A stretch of DNA of 64,000 bases from Callorhinchus milii. Taxonomy: Eukaryota. Made by a program: the position numbers and the translations under genes. Shown piece after piece: positions 40,301-52,300 of this stretch; position 1 is the stretch's first letter, and each line of letters opens with the position of its first letter. The notes under the pieces are model-generated. The model searched no databases. It had not been told where the DNA came from and saw only the letters and a program-made list of their open reading frames with translations. The stretch lies in contig NW_024704743.1 in assembly GCF_018977255.1 (NCBI RefSeq), positions 113,400,001-113,464,000 of the forward strand, given 5' to 3'.

Positions 40301-43300
40301 GATCTTCTCCTACTCACCTTCTCAGCTCCACCACCAGTAGCCGAGAATTCAGCTACTTAGACCCTAGTACTGTGTCTCCCCACGCCCCCCCCCACCACCC
40401 ACCCGTATCGGTCGTTAAATGTTGTCTTAAAATCTACCTCTTAGGCCATGCCTATAGTCATTTCTCTCCCTTCTCTCCTCACACTCTCCCTTGTGGAGCA
40501 TCCCACCTCATCATTATTAAGTGCTTTGAGTCATTACCCTACATGAAAGACTCTCTACAAATGCAAGTATTTATTCCTACAAATTGCTCTTTCTTCAGAA
40601 GCAATACTGCCTCAAATACTGCCGGATAATTTATTGATTCTGATTAGCGATTTTTCTGAATTATGTTTAACAGTTTAAGGAGATAATGCATTTCTCTATG
40701 AAGAGTTTTATTTTGATCCATGTCACAATTCTGATCTTTTCTTACTTTAACATTAATAATCTGCTCTTTCAGTGCGAATATATTCAGGAGCTGTTGTATG
40801 ACCAAGATATCGATGGCTGTACTCCGCTTCATTATGCCTGCCGTCAGGGATTATTGGATTCGGTGGATAAAATAATGAATTTAAAAATGTGTCTTCACAT
40901 CAAAACAAAGGATAAGAAAACACCATTGCATTTTGCCGCAGGGTAGGGAATCATTTGTCTTCAGTTCCTGCCTTTAGTTGTCAAGATTCACACAACAAAC
41001 ACACACTTAGTACATTTTATGGTAAATCCCGTGAAGCACATCCCCCCTGACTTTAGAGCTACTATAGAATACACTTAAAACAAAAAGGAAGAACCTATTT
41101 TATGGCGTATTGCTCTGTGTTTTTATAGAAAAATAATGTTTAGTGCAGCAATGAAATGCTATAACATTGAAAATAACAGATTGATAGATAGAAAATGTAC
41201 AGAGAGAGCTTTATAATTGAGTGTCGTTATAACTTGGGCTCCATAAGCTCCCAAACTGCACTATTGTGAGGCGCAATAGCTGGTTTCACTGTACTTTGTA
41301 ATCATCTGACTCATTTTCTGTGCACTGGCTGATCGCGAATTGAACAAAAAATGGCTGACTTCTGTTTCATCGGGTCACCATAATGTCACTTCCTCTTTGC
41401 TGTGCATTTGCAAAACAGGAAGTAATATCTACAGGGACCTATTGAACTGAAAGTTGGCCAGCTTTTGGTGCATTGGGTTGCCATTGACCTAATTCCCTGT
41501 GTTGCACTTACACAACGAAGCATGAAGGAAACAAGCAGGTTGGCTGAACACATGTACAGTGAATGGGATCCACAGTGAAATAGCAATATAACTGAATTTG
41601 TGCTATAAAGAAGCACATTATAATGGTACTGAATTGTATTAGGCAGTTATATAACCTACAATGTAGCAATGAAACTAAAGATGGTTTCAATGTATCACCT
41701 AAAAACAGCAACCATGCTAAGATGTCCTATTTACTTATTGTTTGTTTCACCCACAAAGTATACAGTCAATTCACTTTACAATATATTCGGTGAAGCGCTT
41801 TGAGACGTCTAGAAGCCGTGATAAGGCACAATATCAAATGCAAGGATTATTATTATTGTTTCACTTAAGGACATTGCATTCTGCTTTTCATTGACATTTT
41901 TTTGAACAGGTCCCAGGGTGAACTATATAAAGAGCTTCGTTAGGTTCATGGGTTACTAAGAGCACATCACATGAACTGTGAAGTAACAAAGTTACAAGAT
42001 TAGGTTATTAATTATTTGCCCAGTAGAACGGCTGTAGCATTAATGTAGTACAATGGCTATTTTGGTGGGAAGTTAGAAGGGCCTAGTACAGGCCAGAGGT
42101 TACATCTGATGTGGCTTTGAACCGTGAAAGTGCAATTTAAATGGCTAATGAACGATAAATGAAGTTTTAGTGATTATATTCAAAGATATTTGCTTTGTAG
42201 AATAATCTATTGTTTAGAATGCATGAACTTCAATTCTGGATAATTGTAAATGGTAACACATGGATTACAGCTTGCATCACATGGAAACTGAGTGCCACAA
42301 GGAGACCGAATTAGTGCTGCAGTGACATTTGTGGAGCAGTACAAGAGCAAAGAGACAGACAGGAAGCAGAGTAACAAACATGTGAAGAGGAAAGTATAAC
42401 CAGCCTCGTGTTTTATTTGAACAGATGTATTAAATACATATTTCACATTATAAAGTTTATTTGTTTGTGGGGAGCAGCCTTATTAAAGCCATAGACTGAA
42501 ATTGCACTCCTAATTAGCTGGCAAGATGTAATGGGTTTGAGAAAGTCATATTCATTGCTAATCAATATCAATAACAGAAGGACTGAGACCAGTACCTCCT
42601 GACGACAGCAATCAAAAGATAAAATATTTCCTGTAAACAAATGAGTCTAAGGGTTAGATTGCTGCATTTTGGGGGTTTTAAGGTAAACCTTTGACCTCAG
42701 CAACAAACCATGGTAAAAAAAAATTCACGGTAAAACTTTCACGTGATAAGGCGCTATATCAAATACAAGGATTATTATTATTTAATAATTTACTCTGTAT
42801 ATGTAGCATTTCAGAGCATGCAGAATTTGGGAACTTCTTCAATACTACCATAATTCTGTAAGTTCTCCCATGTCTAACTTCAGTTTTCAAAGTTATTCTC
42901 CCTACCATTTTTCTTGAAGTTTTTTTTTGCTTTTCACATTATGGGCCCTAGGGTGGCCCCATTATGGCTACTGAAAGAGTGTTTTGTGTGATGGTTATTT
43001 TCTGGGCTGGATCTGCTGAAGAGCAGTGGAATTTATGCTTTCCCAGGCCCAGAAAATGTTTTATTCCTAATTGAGATCAATGTCTTAGACAATTTCAAAG
43101 CTGCATTTGCAGCAATAAATAAATCATAAATTTATGCTGGTTAAATTATAATGATAATAATCCTTGCATTTGATATAGCGCCTTATCACATCTTCGAGAC
43201 ATCTCAAAGTGCTTCACAGAATATACTGTAAAGTGAATTGACTATATATTTTGTAGGCAAAATTGTTGGAACATCTTACATATGCGAATTAAGATAAAAT

Positions 43301-46300
43301 TAATATTTTTATGCATGTGATCTATCAGGTCCAACAGAATAAGAAAGTAACATGGCATTAAACATGTTAAAGTGATATACTTTTAATTTTACATCAGGGT
43401 TATTCATAAGTGAACAAGGCAACATTGCAAGTGCAAATACTGCCCCTCCGCTTCGCTGTGTTTAAAAAAAATTCTTCAGATATGATAACGTGTTAGTGCG
43501 TCCCTAAACATCTAATGGCATGTTTAATTTGAAATATTTGCAGTTCACTTAAATTGTTATCCGTATAGTACTGAACTAAAATATGTCACCCACTATTCTT
43601 CACGACAACAGTTATGGTCGACTCAAGACATGCCAACGGCTGCTGCAAAACTTAAAGGACACAAAGTTTCTCAATGAAGGAGATGGGAAAGGAATGACTC
43701 CATTACTGCTGGCAGCGCAGAACGGACACACCAAAGTGGTTCAACTGCTTCTCATGAAAGGATCCCTTCTTTTATGGTAATGGAGAATTGAAAATGTGTT
43801 GTTGTTGTGTCTAATGTCAATAGACCCGTTGTAGTTTCTCAGAATCATAGAGGTTTTTTTTCAGCCCATCAGGTATGTCCTGTTTCTGTGAAAGCTTTCT
43901 TTGCCGTCCCACTTATTCCTTGATCCTTTTTCCTTAGACTAATGCTGATGCAGCAGCTCGTTGTAAAGAAACATACAAGGCCCCACTATCACACCACTTT
44001 GTCACGTACTGTTTGGCTCTCAGAATTTCTAACCAAGTGCGAACCTCTTGTAAAGAGACTTGCTCAAAACCTGGTTGTATATCTTTTGCAAAATGTGTTG
44101 CAACCTAATGTTTGAACAGAGAGCGCTGTGGTGGTGAAAAATGTTCCCTAGTGTGAGCTACCAAGAACCTGAAACATATGGTCTGCAGTAATTTTAATCA
44201 GAAACTTCTTTCTTTTTNGAGTTTTTGACATTATTATTTGTTATCTAACTTCACAGCCAACTGTTGCTATAGTGTCAGAAAACACATGGGGTGATTTTGC
44301 TTTCCTCTGAGGCCTTGCTATGCATTCAGGGTATATTTGTTGCTAAGTTAACAAAGAGACTGGAGTATTATTTTAAAAAGACAAATTTTTTTTTCCCTCT
44401 GGCACATGCACAACCTAACAGCCAATTCATACCTTAGCAACAGGAAAGGATAAAACTTATTAGATAAATCTCTGTATTCGTTTGCAGGTCCCATTATGCA
44501 TGATGTAACTTGTAGGTCTGATTGCAGGCCCATGGGCTATAATCAGATGGCAATCAGAGTACAATTACAGGCCCGAATAATGGAAATTTACCTCAAATCA
44601 TTTAAATATTAAACAGAAATATGGTATCTATTAGCAACCTCAAAACAAACAAATTTCTTTGGCTTAGCCACACACAGATGCAGTGTAGCACGGGAGGTTG
44701 GATGCATTTTCTAGAGAGATATTTGACTTTTTCTTTAATAATCACTTTTTGGTTATCCTGTCTTATTTGTATTTTTAATTTGAAAAAAGTTTTGATTTCA
44801 GATATTGGCTGTGATACATTTTTAACTGTGCTTTAGGTTAGTCGCTTCATTCTAACAGACTGGATAAAACAAGGTTTTGCCCAGCTTGCATTGTGAGTAG
44901 GTTGGCCATAATGATGCATGTTAACAAACTCTACCATGTGTCTCCCATCAGGGAGTAGGGAAAAAAAGAGTAACAACACCAACTTGCATTCATATAGTGT
45001 CGTTTTATGAAGGATAACATCTCGGAGCTCTTCATATTAATAAAACAGCCTAACAGAACGCAAACTCTGGCAAACTTTTATTAAAGTCCAATACCCATTT
45101 AATTGAAAAGCGACCTAGCTGTAAAAGTCTTAACTGTTTCCATGCAATGTATAGAGTGATATTTACAGTGTTTTAATACAGTCCTTGTGGGTTCATTAAA
45201 ATAAGATATCGATTTAAAAAATCTTCTGTGAAGCGCTTTGAGATGTCTCGAAGACGTGGTAAGGTGCTATATCAAATGCAAGAATTATTATTATTATTTT
45301 TCACACTGGGGTTTGGTTTGGCCAACAAGGAAGCTTGTTCGTGGTTCAGGCTTAATTCTTGTATAGTTCAAATTGTATGCTCCCAATAGTGGTATGTTAT
45401 TGACAAGGTCTTCCTCTATCCATATATTTCAGTCATGCACCCATTTTCTGTACAATTCTTGTACAGTTTCCCCATAGTATCATTGTACATATGCTGCATA
45501 TGCTATTCCTATGTATGCTCATTTAACTTTCAACATCAGCAACTCCCACCCCAACCCACAAGTATATAACCATGGACTTTGTAAGCAGCACAATTATACA
45601 GGACATTGTGTAGCAATGACTTTTTCTCAGCAGCACTTGCTAATTGCTGTGACATATTGACCTAACCGTTGTGGTGGCAGGGTGGCTCTCATCTCCCGGT
45701 CCCCGCTTGGCATATCCCCTTACTCTTCTGGAACCTTCCCCTCCTTTGAGCACCTTATACGTTATCACCCCTCCAATCTTTCCTTCAAAATTCTCCTTAT
45801 GTATCGCTCCCCCCCAAGCCCTCCCCCACCTTCATCCCTGACATCGCCACCCTCCTATCTTCCCTCTCCCTCTGCCCTGAACACCTCCTCATCTTAGGCG
45901 ACTTCAAACTCCCTTCATCCCCTCCTGCTCTAATTCTGCTCACTTCTCCTCCCTTATCTCCTCCCTCAACCTTTCCCTCCACATCCACTCTGCCACCCAC
46001 ATCCACAGTCATCCCCTCGACTTGGTGATCACTCAGGGCCTCACCGTCTTGGACCTCACCATCATCGACAAAGCCATCTCAGACCATCACTTCATCTCCC
46101 TTAACTCCTTAATCCCTCTCCCCACTGACACCCAACCCACCTCCATCTCCTACCGCCTCTGGAAAAAAATCTCCCCCTTTCCCTCTCGGCTGCCTTGGAG
46201 TCAACTGAAATCCTTCCCCTCTGGGCTTCCTCCCGCAATGACCTATCCTCCTCGGTCACTCATCTGCACTGTTCCCTCTCCTCCACTCTCGATTCTCTCG

Positions 46301-49300
46301 CTCCCCTCTCTTCCCGAACTGTCTCCTATTCACATATGTCACCATGGTACACTAGCCACCTCCGCTCCCTTAAAGCACAGTTGCATGCCGTTAAATGCTC
46401 CTGGCTTAAATCGAACTTAACGGTCCATTGGCAGATCTGACTGGACCTTATCAACTCCTAACGCTCCGCTCTCCGCTCCACTAAATCATTGTTCTACTCC
46501 AAGACAATCTTGGACAACCCAGGCTCCTCTTCTCCACCACCAACCAGCCCCTCCGTCCACCCTCTCATGCCTTGCCCATCCTCACCTCCAATGCCAATTG
46601 TGAGGCGATGCTGGATTTCCTCAAATCCAAAGTGGAGGGGATCCATTCAGCTGCCTCTGCCCTTCCATCTACTACACCCTCCCCATCTCCCCCTCCCCCT
46701 TGGCCCCTACCCATCGCTCCCTCCACACCTTCGAACCTGTCTCCCACTCCTCTCTCACCACCACTATAGCCCGCATGAAACTGACCACCTGCTCCCTCGA
46801 CCCCATTCCTAGCCCTCTCCTTACCTCCCAGCTCCACCTCCTCATCCCTCTACTCACAGACATCATAAACCTCTCGCTGTCCACTGGTACAACAACAACA
46901 ACAACAACAACAACAAGATTCCATTTATAGAGCGCCTTTCACGTCAGGAGGACGTCCCAAGGCGCTGCACAGTTGGGTCATGACCCGAGCAGGGGGGAAA
47001 TGGTCAGGGTGAGGGGAGGGAAGGGAGGGAGAGAGGAGGGGGGAAATGGTCAGGGTGAGGGGAGGGAAGGGAGGGAGCGAGGAGGAGGAAGAGAGTCGAG
47101 AGGGGAGCTGAAGGCACGGTCAAAGAGAAAGGTTTTGAGACCGGCCTTGAAGGAGGAAAGGGAGGAAGCAAGGCGAAGGCACTGGGGGATGGAGTTCCAG
47201 AGCCTGGGGCTGAGAGGCTGAAGGCCCGACCACCGATGGTAGGGCGGTTGGGGCGGGGGACGTGGAGCAGACCGGAGCCAGAGGAACGGAGGGTACGGGC
47301 AGGTAGGTAGGGGGATAGTAGGTTGGAGAGGTAGGAGGGAGCAAGGCCGTGAATGGCCTTGTAGGTGAGGATGAGGATCTTGAAATCAATCCTCTGGGGG
47401 ATGGGGAGCCAGTGGAGGCGAGCGAGGGTGGGAGTGATGTGGTCGCGAAGCCTGGTGCGGGACAGTACACGAGCTGCAGAGTTCTGAATGACCTGCAGCT
47501 TGTGGAGGGAGGTGGCGGGAAGGCCGGCGAGGAGAGAGTTCCCATAGTCCAGCCTTGAGGTGACAAAGGCGTGAACCAGGGTTTCAGCAGCGTGAGGGGT
47601 GAGGTAGTGCCGTAATCTGGCGATATTCCGGAGGTGATGGAAGGCGGTGCCAGTTGTGGTGCGGATGTGAGGGAGAAAGGACAGCTCAGGGTCGAACAAA
47701 ACGCCGAGGTTCCTGACTGGCTTTGAGAGGTGGAGAGTGCAGCCTTGGATGCTGATGGTGTCAGCGCCTGAGGTGCGGAGGCGCTGACGTGAGCCAATCA
47801 GGAGGGCCTCGGTTTTTCGCACGTTGAGCTGAAGAAAGTTGTCTCTCGTCCAGGACTCGATGTCGGACAGGCAGGCTGTCAGGACATCGGTGGTCGTGGA
47901 GTTGAGAGTAGAGGAGGAAAGGTAGAGTTGGGTGTCATCCGCATACATGTGGAAGTTAACCCCATGTTTGCGGATGATGTCACCAAGGGGGAGCATATAG
48001 AGGGTGAAGAGGAGGGGACCGAGGACAGAGCCCTGAGGGACACCACATGAGACAGTACGGGGGGTGGAGGAGAAGCCATTCGTTGAGACGAAGTGAAGAC
48101 GGTGGGAAAGGTAAGAGCTAAACCATTCAAGGACAGTGCCTTGAAGGTTGAGGTGGGAGGACAAGCGGTGGAGTAGGATAGCGTGGTCGACCGTATCGAA
48201 TGCTGCCGATAGGTCGAGGAGGACGAGGAGACAGAGGGAGCCCTGGTCACAGATGGTCAGGATATCATTGGTGACCTTGACCAGGGCAGTTTCTGTGCTA
48301 TGAGCAGCACGGAAACCTGACTGAAGGGGTTCAAAAAGAGAATGGGTGGAAAGGAAAGAGCGCAGTTGGGAGGCGACAACTCTTTCCAAGACCTTGGAGA
48401 GAAAGGGGAGGTTGGAGATGGGCCGGTAGCTTGATAGCTGCGACGCATCAAGGGAGGGTTTTTTCAGGGTGGGCGTGATGATGGCAGTTTTTAATGGAAT
48501 GGGGACAGAGCCAGAGGAGAGGGACAGGTTTATGATGTCAGTGATGTGTGGGGCAAGAAAATGGAGCTGGGAGATAAGGAGTGGAGTGGGGATGGGGTCA
48601 AGGGAGCAGGTGGTTGGTTTTAGGGATAGGATGAGTTCAGTGACAGAGGGTGGGGAAACGGGTACGAAGGTGTGTAGGGGAGGATGGGTAGGAGTCGGAG
48701 TGTGGGAGGGAAGGGGTGGGTGGTGGGTGGAAGTTGGAGGGGAAGTGACCGCGGAGCGGATTCCTTTGATCTTGGATTCAAGGAAATCCAGCATCTCCTC
48801 GCAGTGAAGGTTGGAGGAGATGACCTGCACGGGGTGGCGGGGGGGACGGAGGAGTCGGGATGTGGTGGAAAACAGTAGCCTGACCGTTCCCTCTCCATTA
48901 AAAACGGCCGTCATCACTCCTATCCTTAAAAAACCCTCCCTGGACCCATCTCCACTCTCAAACAACAACCACCCCATCTCCAACCCCCATTTCCTCTCCA
49001 AGGTCCTGGAACTACTTGTTCTTCCCAGCTTTGCTCCTTCCGCTCCCATCACTCCCTTCACGAACCACTCCAATCGGGTTTCCATGTCACCCACAGCACA
49101 GAAAGAGCCCTGGTCAAAGTGACATTCTGACCATCTGCGACCAAGGCTCTCTCTGCTTCCTCGTCCTCCTTAACCTCTCTGGTGCCTTCGACACCGTCGA
49201 CCACTCTATCTTCATCCACCACCTCTCCTCTCACCTCAACCTTCACAACACCGTTCTTGACTGGTTCAGATCATACCTCTCACACTATCTCCACTTCATC

Positions 49301-52300
49301 TCCACAAACGGTTTCTCCTCTAGCCCCCACACAGTCTTGTGCGGCTTTCCTCAGGGCTCTGTCCTTGGTCCCCTCCTCTTCAATATCTATATGCTCCCTT
49401 TTGGTGACATCATCTGCAGACATGGGATCAACTTCCACATGTACGTGAATGACACCCAACTGTACCTCTCTGCCTCCACCCTTGACTCCAGGATCATTGC
49501 TGTCCGGACAGAATGTCTGTCAGACATCAAGTCCTGGATGAGAGCTAACTTGCTTCAGTTGAATGGCAATAAGACCGAGGCTTTCCTGATTGGCTCCCGT
49601 CAGCACTTCCACACCTCAGGCGCTGACAGTATCACCATCCATGGTTGCACACTCCACCTTGCTAAGCCAGTCCAGAACCTTGGGGTCTTGTTGGACCCTC
49701 AACTATCCTTTCTCTCCCACCTCCGCAACATCACCCGGCTCCGCCACTGTCTCACAACGCAGGCCGCCGAAACCCTCATACATGCTTTCATTACATCGAG
49801 GCTCAACTATGCAAACTCTTTGCTTGTTGGCCTCACCAACTCCACCCTCCATAGGCTGCAGATCATCCAGGACTCTGCAGCCCGTGTCCTCTCCCGCACC
49901 AGGCTCCATAACCCTATAACCCCATCCTTGCCCTACTCCATTGGCTTCCCATCACACAGAGGATACAGTTGAAGATCCTAGTCCTCACCTTCAAAGCCTT
50001 CCATGGTCTTGCTCCCCCCTACCTCTGCAACCTCCTAACCCTACCATCCGGCCCGTTCCCTCCACTCAACAGGCTCCGGCCTGCTTCACGTACCCCATCT
50101 CGCTCGCCCCACCATTGAAAGACGCGCCTTCAGCCACTCTGCCCACACCCTCTGTAACTCCATCCCGAAATCCCTCCACCTCACCCCCTCCCTTGCCTCC
50201 TTCAAGATCCATCTCAAGATTCTCCTCTTCGACCGTGCTTTCGACCACCCTCCTTCCTCCACTGACTTCCACCCTCCCCGATCCCTGGCTCGGGTCCAAA
50301 ACTATGACTGTCCAGTGCCTTGGGACGTCCTCCCAATGTGAAGGCGCTATACAAATGTCATTTTGTTGTTGTTGTTGTTGTTGCTGGCTTCTGATGCTGC
50401 AGTAATATTCCAAATCAAATTCTCTGTGTTTATATTATTAATTATATCACACTTCAACTCATCATTTATTAAAAAAAATCAACGCTTTAATTTTCCTGCC
50501 AAAATGTTGCTTGGATAGATTCAAACAATGACCTTTAAGAAATTACATTTTTCTTCTTTTTTTACTTTAATATTTTAAGGGATTACGAAGGCTGGACATC
50601 TTTGCATTTTGCTGCTGCGGGAGGGTATTCTCACACAATGAAGATTTTGTTAGAAACAAACATAAAACTGATAGACCAGGTGGACTTGAAAGGGGTAAGT
50701 GTATCCATTGCACACCACATTTCTTTGCACAGCTGCTTCAGAATAGTATACTGAGAGGAGTCCTGTAGCTCAGCGGATAAAGCACTCACCTCACAAGCAA
50801 GAGACCTGGGTTTGATTCCTGGCAGGGTGAAACCTTGGGCAAGTTTCCTTACTCCATACGCCTGATAACAATCCTTCAAGAAAAAAATTATGAATTGGTC
50901 ACTTCAATCCACGATTGTTTGTGGGACACTGCTGTGTGCGATTGGCTGCTGCGTTTCACCCACAAATATACAATCAATTCACTTTACAGAATAGTCTGTG
51001 AAGCGCTTTGAGACGTCTAGAAGACGTGAAAAGCGCGTCATCAAAATGCAAGGATTATTATTATTTATCTATTTTACGTGTATCCGATTAGCTGTAATAA
51101 TCTGTGAATTTGGGTCTGCAGCTTTGGACCTGCGGTTTGTGGATTGCCGCATTCAATAGCCAGCTAGTGAGAGACCAGCATTTCAATACATTTTTAAAAA
51201 ATCAGAGAAACTAGTTTCCCACTTAACTGGATGTCAAGTGCAGCAATCCACAGACCAAAAGTCCAACCAAATGTATTGCTAAATTGACTTATTTTGTCAA
51301 ACTCCTATTTCCTCCCCTGTTATATGTGACCTCTTCATTTCAACCAATTAGGTTCTCAGTTTTCAGGTCAACATGGAAAGTTTACATTACAACAACATGG
51401 AAGAAATTACCATTTCCCCCATTAGCGTGTTACAATCATGTGTGTGCTGCCCTAACGAACACCTAACTAATCCAGCTTAGGTCTTTATAGAAGTTTTGCA
51501 TAGAAATGTTGCTGTAGATAAATTAGACCAGTGACAATATCCCTGGCTGAATATCAATGTGAGGGAGCTATCGAAGAGGTCCAGGGAAGAAAGTAACCCA
51601 AGGTATTTAAATGATTCTTTGTTAATTGAAAACACCTTCAAACTAAGACACAATTTTCTAAGTTACTGCTTGTATACTTACAAACATTCAATCATTCATG
51701 ATCTACACAGTTTCTGAAAGATTACCTTTGTGTTTTGCTGCTAAGAATACTGCCCTCCATTTCGCTGCAAGTGAAGGACATGTCAATGCTGTTCGTCTCC
51801 TGATGACCAAAGGAGCTGCTATAAAACTCAATGAGAATGATGCTTCCTTTTTGCATGAAGCAATTCACAAAGGAAGAAAAGAAGTTGCTTTAGCTATTGT
51901 TGAAAGTGAAAGGTATGAGTGATGATTGTGCTGTATGAGCATTTATGTGAACACCTTTACAAGCTTTTAAAATTACTACCTATTGCTATCATAAGGATTC
52001 AAAATCCCCATAAATAAATATGCAAACTACACTTTAACAACTAGTGTAAAAGAGCATCTCAAAAATCAAATATAGTGGTGGACATCAAGCAGGAAAATAA
52101 GAGACTTAAAGATATCGACCAAAGGCAAGGTCAAAGAGCTATGTTTTTAGGAATTATTGAAGGCAGGGAGAGAGGTAGTAAGGCAGTATGGTTTTGAAAG
52201 ACGATATTAAACTTATTCTCTGAGTTATGGTGAGCCAATAGAGTTTGGAGAGGAGGGCCAAGGGCAAGAGGGGTGAGAATGAATGAAAGTGTGAATATTC

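Noticed and set aside
47004..49094. 696-aa ORF as a single protein
   Set aside because: Chimeric: the first 70 or so residues are the antisense of the host L2, and the C-terminus is frameshifted low-complexity sequence.
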